The notes below the pieces were generated by a model that was not told the DNA's origin, did no database searches, and saw only the letters and a program-made list of their open reading frames with translations. Source: Patescibacteria group bacterium (GTDB taxonomy: Bacteria > Patescibacteriota > Minisyncoccia > UBA6257 > UBA9933). From it: 64,000 bases of DNA. This document shows, piece by piece, positions 52,579-61,732 of this stretch; positions within the stretch are counted from its first letter, which is position 1, and each line of letters begins with the position of its first letter. The position numbers and the translations under genes are program-made. The DNA lies in assembly GCA_038065035.1 (NCBI GenBank), contig JBBTRV010000004.1, forward strand, positions 51,798-115,797, written 5' to 3'.

Positions 52579-54805
52579 ATCTTTAGAATTGAACGGTTTT
52601 AAGTCTTTCGCGCAGAAGACTGTTTTGGAATTTCCCAAGGGAATCACGGCGATTGTCGGGCCGAACGGTTCTGGCAAAAGCAATGTGATAGACGGAATCC
52701 GCTGGCTATTGGGCGAGCGCGACGCAAAAAATTTAAGAGGCAATAAAATTGAAAATCTGATTTTTGCCGGCAGTCCGCAGAAATCAAGGGCGGGATTGGC
52801 TTCAGTCGGGCTTTTTTTTGACAATAAATCCGGCTTTTTTGACAAAGATTTCAGTGAAATATTAATTACGCGTCGGGTAAGCCGCGACGGCAATTCGCAA
52901 TATTTTCTCAATAAATCCGAATGCCGGTTGAAAGATATTGTTGATTTTTTCGCCAAAGCGCGGCTTGGCACTAAGGGATTAACCATTATTAATCAAGGCA
53001 GCAGTGATTTGTTTGTTAGGGCAAATTCCGAAGAAAGGCGGCTGATGATTGAAGAAGTTTTGGGTCTTAGGGAATTTCAGATTAAAAAATTAGAAGCTAA
53101 AAGGAAATTGGAAAATACGAATATAAATCTTGAAAAAGTAAAAGCGGTAATTGAAGAAGTTGTGCCGCGCTTAAAAATGCTTCGCCGCCAGACAGCTAAA
53201 TGGGCAAAAAGAGAACAAGTGGAGCAGGAATTAAAAGAAATAGAAAACAATTATTTTTCTTTTAAGATTGGCGTAATTGACGGGGAAAACGAAAAATTTC
53301 GCGCTGAATTGAAAAATTTAGCGAGCCAAACGGCAGTTGTTAATAATGAATTAAAGATTTTAGAAAGCGAAGTTAAAAAAATTGAAGGAAAGTCGAAACG
53401 CCATGGATTAGACGATGTTAGGAGCCAGAAAAATAATTTAGCGGATAAAAGGTTTGAATTGCAGAAAGAAATCAGCCGTTTAGAAGCAAAAATGGAAATT
53501 TTCGGAAACGTAAAAGAAATTACAATTCAGGATTTTGATAGTAATGAGCTTTTGAGTTTTTTAAGCGAAGTAAGAGCCAATCTTGAAAATAGCGTAAAAA
53601 CGGAAGAATTTAAAGAACTTGCCGCGGCGGTTAAAAATCTGATTATCAGGATTGATGAGTTTTTAAACCCAAAATCAAATAAAAATATTAATCCAAATTT
53701 TAATAAATTAGAGCATCCGTTAGCTGGCAGAAAAGAGTTTGAAAATTTGAGAAATAATTTAGCGAAAGAAATCGGCGAGGTTGAGGAAAAATTGAAAATT
53801 TTTGAAAAAGAAGAAGTGGAAATAACCGCCGGCCTTGAAGATTTCAATAAAAATTTCCAAAAAGCTTTTGAGGCGTTTGAAAAGAAAAAAGACGATTTCC
53901 AATTATTGGAAAATAAAAAGCAGAAAATAAATTTTGAGCTTGAAAAATTAGATTTAAAATTAAGAGATTTAGATATTCAGGCCGGCCAAAATGGCAGGAA
54001 AATTGAAGAATTTAGATTAATCGTGAAAAATAATCAATCGGCGGAGAGTTTTATCGCAAATGAGCGAGCAGATTTGTCAGAAGCGGAAAGAAAAATGTTT
54101 CGGTTAAGGGCGGAATTGGCGAATATCGGCGAAATAGACGAATCTTTGCTTAAAGAAACGGAAAGCACGGAAAATCATTTTAATTTCCTATCGTCGCAAG
54201 TTACTGATTTGGAGCGCGCCGTGGCTGATCTGGCAATTCTTATAAAAGATTTGGAAGAAAAAATCCATTCGGACTTCAGTAATGCGTTTCAATCCATTAA
54301 TGATAATTTTGACAAGTTTTTTAAGCTGATGTTTAAGGGCGGACACGCCAAGATGAAAATTAAAAAATCAAAATTCAAAAATCAAAATGACAATTTAAAA
54401 ATTCAAAATAACAATGAAATTAATGAAATAGAAGATAAACAGGAAGAAGAAAAAGAGGAGAAAGTCGGGGTGGATATTGAATTAAGTTTGCCGAAAAAGA
54501 AAATTGGCAGCTTGGAAATGCTTTCTGGCGGGGAAAAAAGCTTGGTTTCCATTGCCGCTTTATTTGCCTTGATTTCCGTCAGTCCGCCGCCGTTTCTGGT
54601 TTTAGACGAAATTGACGCGGCATTGGATGAGAAAAACTCCGCAATGTTTGCTAATTTAATCAAAGAATTTTCCTATCAGACGCAGTTCATTATTGTCACC
54701 CATAATCGGTCAGTAATGGAATCAGCCGATATGCTTTATGGCATCACAATGGAAGAAGAGGGAGTTTCTAAAGTATTGTCGTTGAAACTTGACACCGTAA
54801 ATTAA
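52568..54805 (+). CDS. smc: Short SMC-family chromosome-condensation ATPase (745 aa, no recognisable hinge)
   Basis: N-terminus FKSF...GPNGSGKSNVIDGIRWLLGE. C-terminus LSGGEKSLVSIAALFA...LVLDEIDAALD. Coiled-coil middle. The rnc-smc gene order is conserved. Confidence 0.7.
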   Translation: MFLKSLELNGFKSFAQKTVLEFPKGITAIVGPNGSGKSNVIDGIRWLLGERDAKNLRGNKIENLIFAGSPQKSRAGLASVGLFFDNKSGFFDKDFSEILITRRVSRDGNSQYFLNKSECRLKDIVDFFAKARLGTKGLTIINQGSSDLFVRANSEERRLMIEEVLGLREFQIKKLEAKRKLENTNINLEKVKAVIEEVVPRLKMLRRQTAKWAKREQVEQELKEIENNYFSFKIGVIDGENEKFRAELKNLASQTAVVNNELKILESEVKKIEGKSKRHGLDDVRSQKNNLADKRFELQKEISRLEAKMEIFGNVKEITIQDFDSNELLSFLSEVRANLENSVKTEEFKELAAAVKNLIIRIDEFLNPKSNKNINPNFNKLEHPLAGRKEFENLRNNLAKEIGEVEEKLKIFEKEEVEITAGLEDFNKNFQKAFEAFEKKKDDFQLLENKKQKINFELEKLDLKLRDLDIQAGQNGRKIEEFRLIVKNNQSAESFIANERADLSEAERKMFRLRAELANIGEIDESLLKETESTENHFNFLSSQVTDLERAVADLAILIKDLEEKIHSDFSNAFQSINDNFDKFFKLMFKGGHAKMKIKKSKFKNQNDNLKIQNNNEINEIEDKQEEEKEEKVGVDIELSLPKKKIGSLEMLSGGEKSLVSIAALFALISVSPPPFLVLDEIDAALDEKNSAMFANLIKEFSYQTQFIIVTHNRSVMESADMLYGITMEEEGVSKVLSLKLDTVN

Positions 54806-54827
54806 AAACTATAAGCTAAAATCTATT

Positions 54828-55142
54828 ATGTTAGCCATTAAATTCAGAAGAATAGGGAAAAAAGACCAGCCGAGTTATAGAATAGTTGTTTCTGAAAAAA
54901 AGTCCAAAGTTTTTGGTAAGTTTATTGAAGACCTTGGGTGGTATGACCCGAAAAGCAAAAAATTCAATATCAACAAAGAAAGAGCGCAATATCGGCTGAA
55001 AACCGGCTGCCAGCCGACTGACACAGTTCACAATTTTCTTGTAAAAACAGGCGTAATTAAAGGGCCCAAAAGGCCAGTTCATTCAATTTCAAAAAAGCAG
55101 GAAGAAGTAAAATCACAGGAAACAGCTCAACCGACAGCTTAA
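54828..55142 (+). CDS. rpsP: Ribosomal protein bS16
   Basis: MLAIKFRRIGKKDQPSYRIVV signature. Confidence 0.9.
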   Translation: MLAIKFRRIGKKDQPSYRIVVSEKKSKVFGKFIEDLGWYDPKSKKFNINKERAQYRLKTGCQPTDTVHNFLVKTGVIKGPKRPVHSISKKQEEVKSQETAQPTA

Positions 55143-55216
55143 ATTTTTGATATTCAAAGATAGATTTATTATATAAAAGGTCGAATGAAAATCAGAATTA
55201 AAAGATTAAAATAGCT

Positions 55217-55534
55217 ATGGAAGCAAAAGACCAGAATTTTCTTGAGTTCTTGATTAAATCCATTGTTGACCATCCTGACGAGGTTAAAGTTGAAAGGAAA
55301 GTTGACGAAATGGGAGTTCTTTTGACTCTTCACGTGCATCCGACCGATATGGCTCAGATTATCGGCAGGCGCGGCGCAACGGCTCAGTCTATCCGATCGC
55401 TTTTAAAAATCGTCGGAATCAAAAATAACGCCAGAGTTAATTTGAAAATCGCCGAGCCGGAAGGTTCAATGAGAGAACAAAGAGAGCCAAGGTCATCCGT
55501 TGACCAGGCAGTAGAAGGAATCAATAATTACTAA
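55217..55534 (+). CDS. KH-domain RNA-binding protein (YlqC/UPF0109-like)
   Basis: GRRGATAQSIRSL KH GXXG loop. Canonical position after rpsP. Confidence 0.8.
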   Translation: MEAKDQNFLEFLIKSIVDHPDEVKVERKVDEMGVLLTLHVHPTDMAQIIGRRGATAQSIRSLLKIVGIKNNARVNLKIAEPEGSMREQREPRSSVDQAVEGINNY

Positions 55535-55572
55535 ACCAAAAATTACGAAGTGGGACTTCGTAAATTCGTAAA

Positions 55573-55600
55573 ATCCCCCGCATTGCGGGGGATTTTTAAT
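55573..55600 (+). terminator. Rho-independent terminator after the KH gene, preceded by a second hairpin at 55543-55563
   Basis: atcccccgc-att-gcgggggat followed by ttttaatt. Confidence 0.7.
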
Positions 55601-55732
55601 TGAAAAACAAGCGTAAATATGGTAAAAAATGAGTAATGATGAAACAAGAATCATTGCGGCAAATTGAAAAATTAGTGGAGAAATACGAGAATTTTCAGAG
55701 ATTTTATTACGTTATAATGTTATAATATAAAT

Positions 55733-57193
55733 ATGAATCCAGTCATAAAAAAAGAAAATGGAGTTGTTTTTACTCCTGAATGGGTAGTGGATTTTATGGT
55801 TAGTGAGATATTAAACAGTAAAAAAATCACAGGAAAAGAAAAAATACTTGATGCGGGTTGCGGCGAAGGAATTTTTGCGACCATCGCGGCGCAAAAATTC
55901 GCAAAATTATCAGGAAAAAAGATAGAAAAAGTCATAGAAGAAAACATTTATTTTATTGATATAACAGAAGAATATACAAGAAAAACTAAACAAAATTTAC
56001 AAAAATTATCAAAAAATAAAATTATAAAATATAATGCGATAATTGATGATTTTTGTTTTCATGATTTTGATGAAAAATTTGATTTTATAATCGGTAATCC
56101 GCCTTATGTTCGCATACAAAATTTAAATGAAAGGAAGGAACAGTTGCAAAAAAAATATATAACTGCTTCCAGCGGGTCAATTGATTTATATTTTTGTTTT
56201 TTTGAGCAAGCATTAAAATTATTAAATAAAGATGGCAAAATTGCTTTTATTACTCCAAATTCTCATTTTTATTCGGCAGCGGGAAAAAATCTGCGCAATT
56301 TATTAATGTTTCATTTGGCAAAAATAATAAATTTCGATTATTTTCAGATTTTCAAAGATGCCACTACATATACGGCGATTACATTTTTACAAAAAGAAGA
56401 TGGTGTTAGTTTTTCATACGCGGAAAATTTTAAGAATAATTTTAAAAATCTTAAATATAAAAAAATATCTATTAAAAATATGAAATCTGAAAGGTGGGAA
56501 TTTTTCGATGAAAAATATCTAGATAAAATTGTTAAACTTAATAAGGAATATTCTACGCTTCTGGAAATAGCGGACATTCATTATGGAATAGCTACGCTTA
56601 AAGACGATATTTATATTTTTTCGCCTGAAAAAGATTGTAATAATTATTTTTATTTTAGCGATTTTAAGATTGAAAAAAACATTTGTGTTCCGATTATTAA
56701 AGCATCAACATATAAAGGCGAAAATCAAAACTTTTTTTTGATTTTTCCTTATGAAAATGAAAAAATAATACCAAAAAATATTTTTCAAAAAAATTATCCT
56801 GAAACATATAGATATTTATTATATTATCGCGATATTTTGGAAATGAGAGATAAGGGCGGGGGTAAAAATTATGAGGAATTTTACGCTTTTGGCAGGAATC
56901 AAGGGTTAAAAACCAGTTTTGGTAAAAAAATCATAACTAGTACTATGAATATAGCACCGCGCTTTTACGTGGTTGAAAATAAAGAAACAAGTTTTTATGC
57001 CGGCTATTGTATTAAACCTCGAAATAATATAAATATTTATGAATTATGCGAAGCGTTGAATTCTGATTTAATGAAAGAATATATTAATTCTGTTTCAAAA
57101 AGTTATCGTGGAGGATATAAATCATATGCAAAAAGTTTTTTAAAAGATTTTGCGCATCCCCAATTTTATAAAAATCAACCAGTATTATTTTAA
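55733..57193 (+). CDS. N6-adenine (gamma-class, TaqI/Eco57I-like) DNA methyltransferase with a C-terminal target-recognition region
   Basis: GVVFTPEWVVDFMV motif. LDAGCGEGIF (motif I) before IIGNPPY (motif IV), which is the gamma-class order. Very AT-rich. Confidence 0.75.
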   Translation: MNPVIKKENGVVFTPEWVVDFMVSEILNSKKITGKEKILDAGCGEGIFATIAAQKFAKLSGKKIEKVIEENIYFIDITEEYTRKTKQNLQKLSKNKIIKYNAIIDDFCFHDFDEKFDFIIGNPPYVRIQNLNERKEQLQKKYITASSGSIDLYFCFFEQALKLLNKDGKIAFITPNSHFYSAAGKNLRNLLMFHLAKIINFDYFQIFKDATTYTAITFLQKEDGVSFSYAENFKNNFKNLKYKKISIKNMKSERWEFFDEKYLDKIVKLNKEYSTLLEIADIHYGIATLKDDIYIFSPEKDCNNYFYFSDFKIEKNICVPIIKASTYKGENQNFFLIFPYENEKIIPKNIFQKNYPETYRYLLYYRDILEMRDKGGGKNYEEFYAFGRNQGLKTSFGKKIITSTMNIAPRFYVVENKETSFYAGYCIKPRNNINIYELCEALNSDLMKEYINSVSKSYRGGYKSYAKSFLKDFAHPQFYKNQPVLF

Positions 57194-57204
57194 CTAAAAA
57201 TATT

Positions 57205-57891
57205 ATGGATAATCTGCAAAATAAATTTATGAAAGCGATTAACGCCTCTTTTGCGGCTTATAATAAGAAAGGCGGCGCAAGAAGCAATAAAAAGTTAATT
57301 CCAATTCATAAATTTTTATCAGAAATAATTTTAGAAAAGCTTAAAAATAGATATTCAATAAAATCTTTGGGAATCGGCGACGGTAAAGAAGCGACAATAG
57401 ACGGAAAATATTACCCAAAAGACCTTGATGTGGCTATATTTAAAAATAATAAAATTGTAGCGACTATCAGTTTTAAATTTATCACCTCAAATTATAAACA
57501 GAACGCAAACAATTATTTTGAAGGCCTTATGGGAGAAACTGCTAATATAAGGCGACAGAATATCGGATTTGCTCATTTTTTAGTGCTTCGCGGACATACG
57601 CCGTATTATTCAAAAAATAAAGGTAATTTGCGAGGGAAACAAAAAGGAATAGAAATTATATCTGAAAAACATCTTCAAAAATACATAAAGTTATTTAATG
57701 ATATGGATTTCCCTCATAAGCCGGATTTAATAGGAATTTGTATTTTAGATTTTGATAAAAATAAAAAAGCGAAATTTGTTAATCTAAATGATTTTGATTT
57801 TTCTGTTGAAACGAGACAATTGCTTAAAAATGAATTTTCTTTAAATAATTTTTTAGATAAATTTATACATCTTATAAATTTAAAAAGTTAA
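57205..57891 (+). CDS. Hypothetical protein, a candidate cognate restriction endonuclease or specificity component
   Basis: Position immediately 3' of the MTase. Weak PD-DxK-like LDVAIF...ISFKF. No confident fold. Confidence 0.3.
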   Translation: MDNLQNKFMKAINASFAAYNKKGGARSNKKLIPIHKFLSEIILEKLKNRYSIKSLGIGDGKEATIDGKYYPKDLDVAIFKNNKIVATISFKFITSNYKQNANNYFEGLMGETANIRRQNIGFAHFLVLRGHTPYYSKNKGNLRGKQKGIEIISEKHLQKYIKLFNDMDFPHKPDLIGICILDFDKNKKAKFVNLNDFDFSVETRQLLKNEFSLNNFLDKFIHLINLKS

Positions 57892-58030
57892 AAAATTAGA
57901 CCAAATTTTAGACCAAGAAGAATATAAAGAATTAAAATCAGAAATTGATAAAACCAATAAAGAAATAGACGAAAAAGTTTATGAATTATATGGATTGACG
58001 GAGGAGGAGGTTAAAATCATTGAAAAATAA
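57884..58030 (+). pseudogene. Start-less 48-codon fragment encoding the conserved C-terminal tail of type IIG/BREX-PglX/TaqI-like N6-MTases
   Basis: KVKKLDQILDQEEYKELKSEIDKTNKEIDEKVYELYGLTEEEVKIIEK*. It is in the +1 frame relative to the upstream ORF across an A-rich run. Confidence 0.4.
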
Positions 58031-58038
58031 TAATTAAA

Positions 58039-58878
58039 ATGGCTAAGAAAAAAGATAAAATTCAAGAAATTATAGAAAGGAGCGGCAATGACCTGCAATT
58101 TCGAATTGTAAATTATTTAGAGAGTCATAAATGGGAAGTCTCTATAAGTCCATATTATAACGATCCATCTACTGGAAAACCGAGAGAAATTGATATTGTG
58201 GCTATTCTCAAATGGTCGATAAAGGATGATTTCGGGCATTTTAAACTGGGTGAATTGGCAATTCGATTATTTGTTGAATGTAAATATATTAAAGACGATG
58301 TCATTTTTTGGTTTAGGCAGAAAAATATGTTATCAGCTATTAAATTAGCTAAAGACAATAATATTTTGTGCGATAAGCAGGATTGTTATCTTAATCAAAA
58401 TAAGGTAAGTCAACATCATTATATAGATAATGTTCAGGTAGCGAAAATAGCGGCTAAAAGCTACAATCGTGACGATATTTTTGAGGCGATGAATCAGTGC
58501 TTGAACGGACTTATCTTTTTTGGGAATAATAGTAATATTTCAACTTCATACCATATTGATTTTCCACTTATAGTGACTAATTCATTTAAAAATATTCACA
58601 AACGTGATCAAAATAACGGATACGTCCAAATTACAGAACCGTTTCAACTCGAAGTTGATTATTCGTATAAACAGACAAGAAGTGATGGAAGAATAACAGA
58701 TGTAACAAAATATTTTTTAATAGATATTATGAGTTTTGATAAACTTGATTCGTTTTTACAAGATTTAGAGAACAGGGACATTAAATTATTTCGAGACAAT
58801 TTGCAATGGGATTTAGAACGTCAGGAAAGACAAAATCGTGAACAATTGAATAATAATTCACATGATCCCTATTATTAA
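58039..58878 (+). CDS. PD-(D/E)xK-fold nuclease-like protein
   Basis: PREIDIVAIL...IRLFVECKY matches the D...ExK core with hydrophobic beta-strands. Confidence 0.5.
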   Translation: MAKKKDKIQEIIERSGNDLQFRIVNYLESHKWEVSISPYYNDPSTGKPREIDIVAILKWSIKDDFGHFKLGELAIRLFVECKYIKDDVIFWFRQKNMLSAIKLAKDNNILCDKQDCYLNQNKVSQHHYIDNVQVAKIAAKSYNRDDIFEAMNQCLNGLIFFGNNSNISTSYHIDFPLIVTNSFKNIHKRDQNNGYVQITEPFQLEVDYSYKQTRSDGRITDVTKYFLIDIMSFDKLDSFLQDLENRDIKLFRDNLQWDLERQERQNREQLNNNSHDPYY

Positions 58879-58963
58879 TAATAACTCCGCGGCGCTAATT
58901 TAGGGGTTTATACAAAAATTCGCTTCGGCGGATTTTTGATTGGAGATATGGTAAAATAAATTT

Positions 58964-59467
58964 ATGGCTTTAAGGGAAAATAATTTTGCGTATATTGATG
59001 GCGCAAATTTATATAAAGGCGTTGAGTCGTCGGCATGGAAACTTGATTATCAGAATTTCAGATCGTGGATGCGTCAAAAATTTGGCGTTACTGACGCGTA
59101 TATATTTATTGGTCTTATTTCAAAGAACGCAGATTTATACACGTCTTTACAATCCAAGGGGTATGAATTGGTATTTAAGGAAATTGTTTACGACGGGTCG
59201 GGGAAAGCAAAAGGTAATTGTGATGCAGATTTGGTGCTCCAAGCCGCAAGAGATTATTACGAAAACCATTCTATGTCCGCTTTGCTTGTTTCAAGCGATG
59301 GGGATTATGCGCCACTCGTTCGTTTCTGGCAAGAAAAGAAAGTCCCTTGCGCTATTATATCTCCTGCGCCTACTGCTAAGTGTTCAATTTTATTAAAACG
59401 GACAGGGGTGCCGATTATATATCTTGAAGACGTGAAGCATAAGTTATCGTTTAGTAATTCAAAATGA
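58964..59467 (+). CDS. NYN-domain (LabA/DUF88-like, PIN-like) putative RNase
   Basis: AYIDGANLY, CDADLV and SSDGDY conserved acidic positions. Confidence 0.65.
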   Translation: MALRENNFAYIDGANLYKGVESSAWKLDYQNFRSWMRQKFGVTDAYIFIGLISKNADLYTSLQSKGYELVFKEIVYDGSGKAKGNCDADLVLQAARDYYENHSMSALLVSSDGDYAPLVRFWQEKKVPCAIISPAPTAKCSILLKRTGVPIIYLEDVKHKLSFSNSK

Positions 59468-59470
59468 AAA

Positions 59471-59515
59471 AGCCCCCGGCACGGACGTATCCGTACAGGG
59501 GTCTTTTTCGTAGTA
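59471..59515 (+). terminator. Rho-independent terminator after the NYN gene
   Basis: cccc-ggcacggacgtatccgtaca-gggg stem followed by tctttttcg. Confidence 0.55.
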
Positions 59516-59578
59516 ATATTATAAATATACCAAGCTATTAGACAAAGTCAATAAGTTTATCCACAAGCAATTTATATT

Positions 59579-60295
59579 ATGCGTTTTAATATTATTACAA
59601 TTTTTCCTCGTATTTTCGATTCGTATTTAAACGAATCAATTTTAAAGCGGGCGCAGAAGAAAAAACTGGTTAATTTTAAAATCCATAATTTGCGTGATTT
59701 TACAAAAGATAAGCATAAAAAAGTTGACGACCGGCCGTTTGGCGGAGGGCCGGGAATGGTGATGCAAATTCAGCCGATTATCAGAGCGGTTGAATTTGCA
59801 AAGTCAAAAGCCAATCCGCCGGCTGGCGGAAAAAAATTAAAAATAGGAGTTATTTTATTTACGCCCGGGGGAAAGCAATTTGATAACAAAATAGCGGCGC
59901 AAATGGCGAAAAATTATAACCAGCTGATTTTAATCTGCGGCCGGTATGAAGGCATTGATGAAAGAGTAAAAAAAGCTATTAAAGATTTAGGATTGAAAGT
60001 GCGGGAAATTTCTATTGGCCCCTATGTTTTGACTGGCGGAGAGCTTCCGGCAATGGTTTTAATTGATTCTGTCTCCCGCCAAATTACCGGCGCGCTTGGC
60101 AATATAAAATCATTAGAAGAAAGACGGTATGGTTTGCCGGTTTACCCCCACACCAAACAAAGTTATGGTGTGGGGGTTTATACCCGGCCGGAAATATTTA
60201 TGCATAAGGGCAAAAAATATAAAACTCCGGAAGTTCTGCTTTCCGGCAATCATAAAAAAATCGATGAATGGCATAAAAATAAAATAAAAAGATAA
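59579..60295 (+). CDS. trmD: tRNA (guanine37-N1)-methyltransferase
   Basis: MRFNIITIFPRIF N-terminus and the FGGGPGMVM motif. Confidence 0.9.
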   Translation: MRFNIITIFPRIFDSYLNESILKRAQKKKLVNFKIHNLRDFTKDKHKKVDDRPFGGGPGMVMQIQPIIRAVEFAKSKANPPAGGKKLKIGVILFTPGGKQFDNKIAAQMAKNYNQLILICGRYEGIDERVKKAIKDLGLKVREISIGPYVLTGGELPAMVLIDSVSRQITGALGNIKSLEERRYGLPVYPHTKQSYGVGVYTRPEIFMHKGKKYKTPEVLLSGNHKKIDEWHKNKIKR

Positions 60296-60372
60296 ATTTG
60301 AAAACTATTGACATTTAAAATTTTTTAATATATCATTATAAACAATTATGAAGTCCCGACCCAATCGGGACT

Positions 60373-61617
60373 TTGTTTCAAAAAATCTCAGATAAAATGG
60401 ATTTAAAATCTTTAAACAGAATAATAGAGCAAATTGCCGATGAAAAAGGGCTGGACAAAGCCGCTATTTTAGAAGTGGTTGAATCCGCCATATCTGCCGC
60501 TTACCGGAAAGAATACGGCAAAAGGGGAGAAAATATCAAAGCCAAGCTTGATTTAAAAACCGGCAATATTAACTTTTGGAAAACGCGCCTTGTTGTTGAT
60601 GAAACGATGGTAATTTTAGTTTCCGAAGATAATAAGGAGCAGAGAGAAAAAATAAGAGAAAGAAATATTGAAGGCGAAGAAATACTTCCTTTTTATAGCG
60701 CTGATCGCCATATTTTAATAAATGAAGCGAAGGAGATTAAGACTGATGTTCAGTTAGGAGAAGAGCTTGAATTTCCCTTGGAAGAACATGAAGATTTCGG
60801 ACGCATTGCCGCCCAAGCCGCCAAGCAGGTGATATTGCAGAAAATAAAAGAAGCGGAAAGAGATTCAATTAGAAAAGAATATCAGACAAGAGAAGGCGAA
60901 ATTGTCAGCGGCGTTATCCAACGGATGGAACGCGGGAATGTTTATATTGATTTAGGCCGGGCTATCGGCGTGATGTTTTTTAATGAAACAATTCCCGGCG
61001 AGTTTTATAAAATCGGCGAAAGATTGAGATTTTATCTTTTAGCGGTTCAGGAAGAATCGGGAAGATTGCCGGGCTTGGTGCTTTCCCGATCGCATCCGAA
61101 GTTTGTAAGCAAATTATTTGAAATTGAAGTTCCTGAAATCCACGAAGGAACAGTAGAAATAAAAGCCATCGCCCGGGAGGCCGGCAGCCGCACAAAAATT
61201 GCCGTTGCTTCAACTGTGTCCGGAGTTGATCCTATCGGCGCCTGCGTAGGGCCGCGCGGCACGCGGGTAATGGCCGTGACTAATGAATTAGGCAATGAAA
61301 AAATTGACATTATTGAATGGTCGGAAGATCCGGATAAATTTGTTGCGGCGTCGCTTTCTCCTGCTAAAGCGAAAGGCGTGGAAATTTCGACGAAGCGCGA
61401 GGCGAAAGTTTTTATTCCCGAAGATCAGCTAAGTTTGGCGATAGGCAAGGGCGGGCAGAATGTCAGGCTGGCGGCTAAGCTTACCGGATGGAAAATAGAC
61501 GTCCGTTCGCTTTCCCGGCCGGACGAAGTTTTAAGCGAAGGGGTGGCGGCAATTGAAGAAGAAACTGCTGTTGCGGAAGAAACATCAGATGTTGAAAAAT
61601 CAAAAAAAGAAGAGTAG
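60373..61617 (+). CDS. nusA: Transcription termination/antitermination factor NusA (likely start 60397)
   Basis: N-terminal domain, S1 region GEIVSGVIQR...VYIDLG, and KH IGKGGQNVRLAAKLTGWKIDV. Confidence 0.9.
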   Translation: MFQKISDKMDLKSLNRIIEQIADEKGLDKAAILEVVESAISAAYRKEYGKRGENIKAKLDLKTGNINFWKTRLVVDETMVILVSEDNKEQREKIRERNIEGEEILPFYSADRHILINEAKEIKTDVQLGEELEFPLEEHEDFGRIAAQAAKQVILQKIKEAERDSIRKEYQTREGEIVSGVIQRMERGNVYIDLGRAIGVMFFNETIPGEFYKIGERLRFYLLAVQEESGRLPGLVLSRSHPKFVSKLFEIEVPEIHEGTVEIKAIAREAGSRTKIAVASTVSGVDPIGACVGPRGTRVMAVTNELGNEKIDIIEWSEDPDKFVAASLSPAKAKGVEISTKREAKVFIPEDQLSLAIGKGGQNVRLAAKLTGWKIDVRSLSRPDEVLSEGVAAIEEETAVAEETSDVEKSKKEE

Positions 61618-61732
61618 AATATACGGCAAACATAAAGTTATTTCTTCAACCCGCTCACGCCCCGCTTTGTGGGGCTGCGCTTCCGTTTAGGTTTCAGAAA
61701 CAACTTTATATTTGCCTTAAATAATTAATACT

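Noticed and set aside
60311-60377. TTGACA promoter plus an agtcccga-cccaa-tcgggact hairpin upstream of nusA as a possible attenuator
   Set aside because: It could equally be the trmD terminator followed by the nusA promoter. There is no sequence-only way to distinguish these, and it is a common arrangement.
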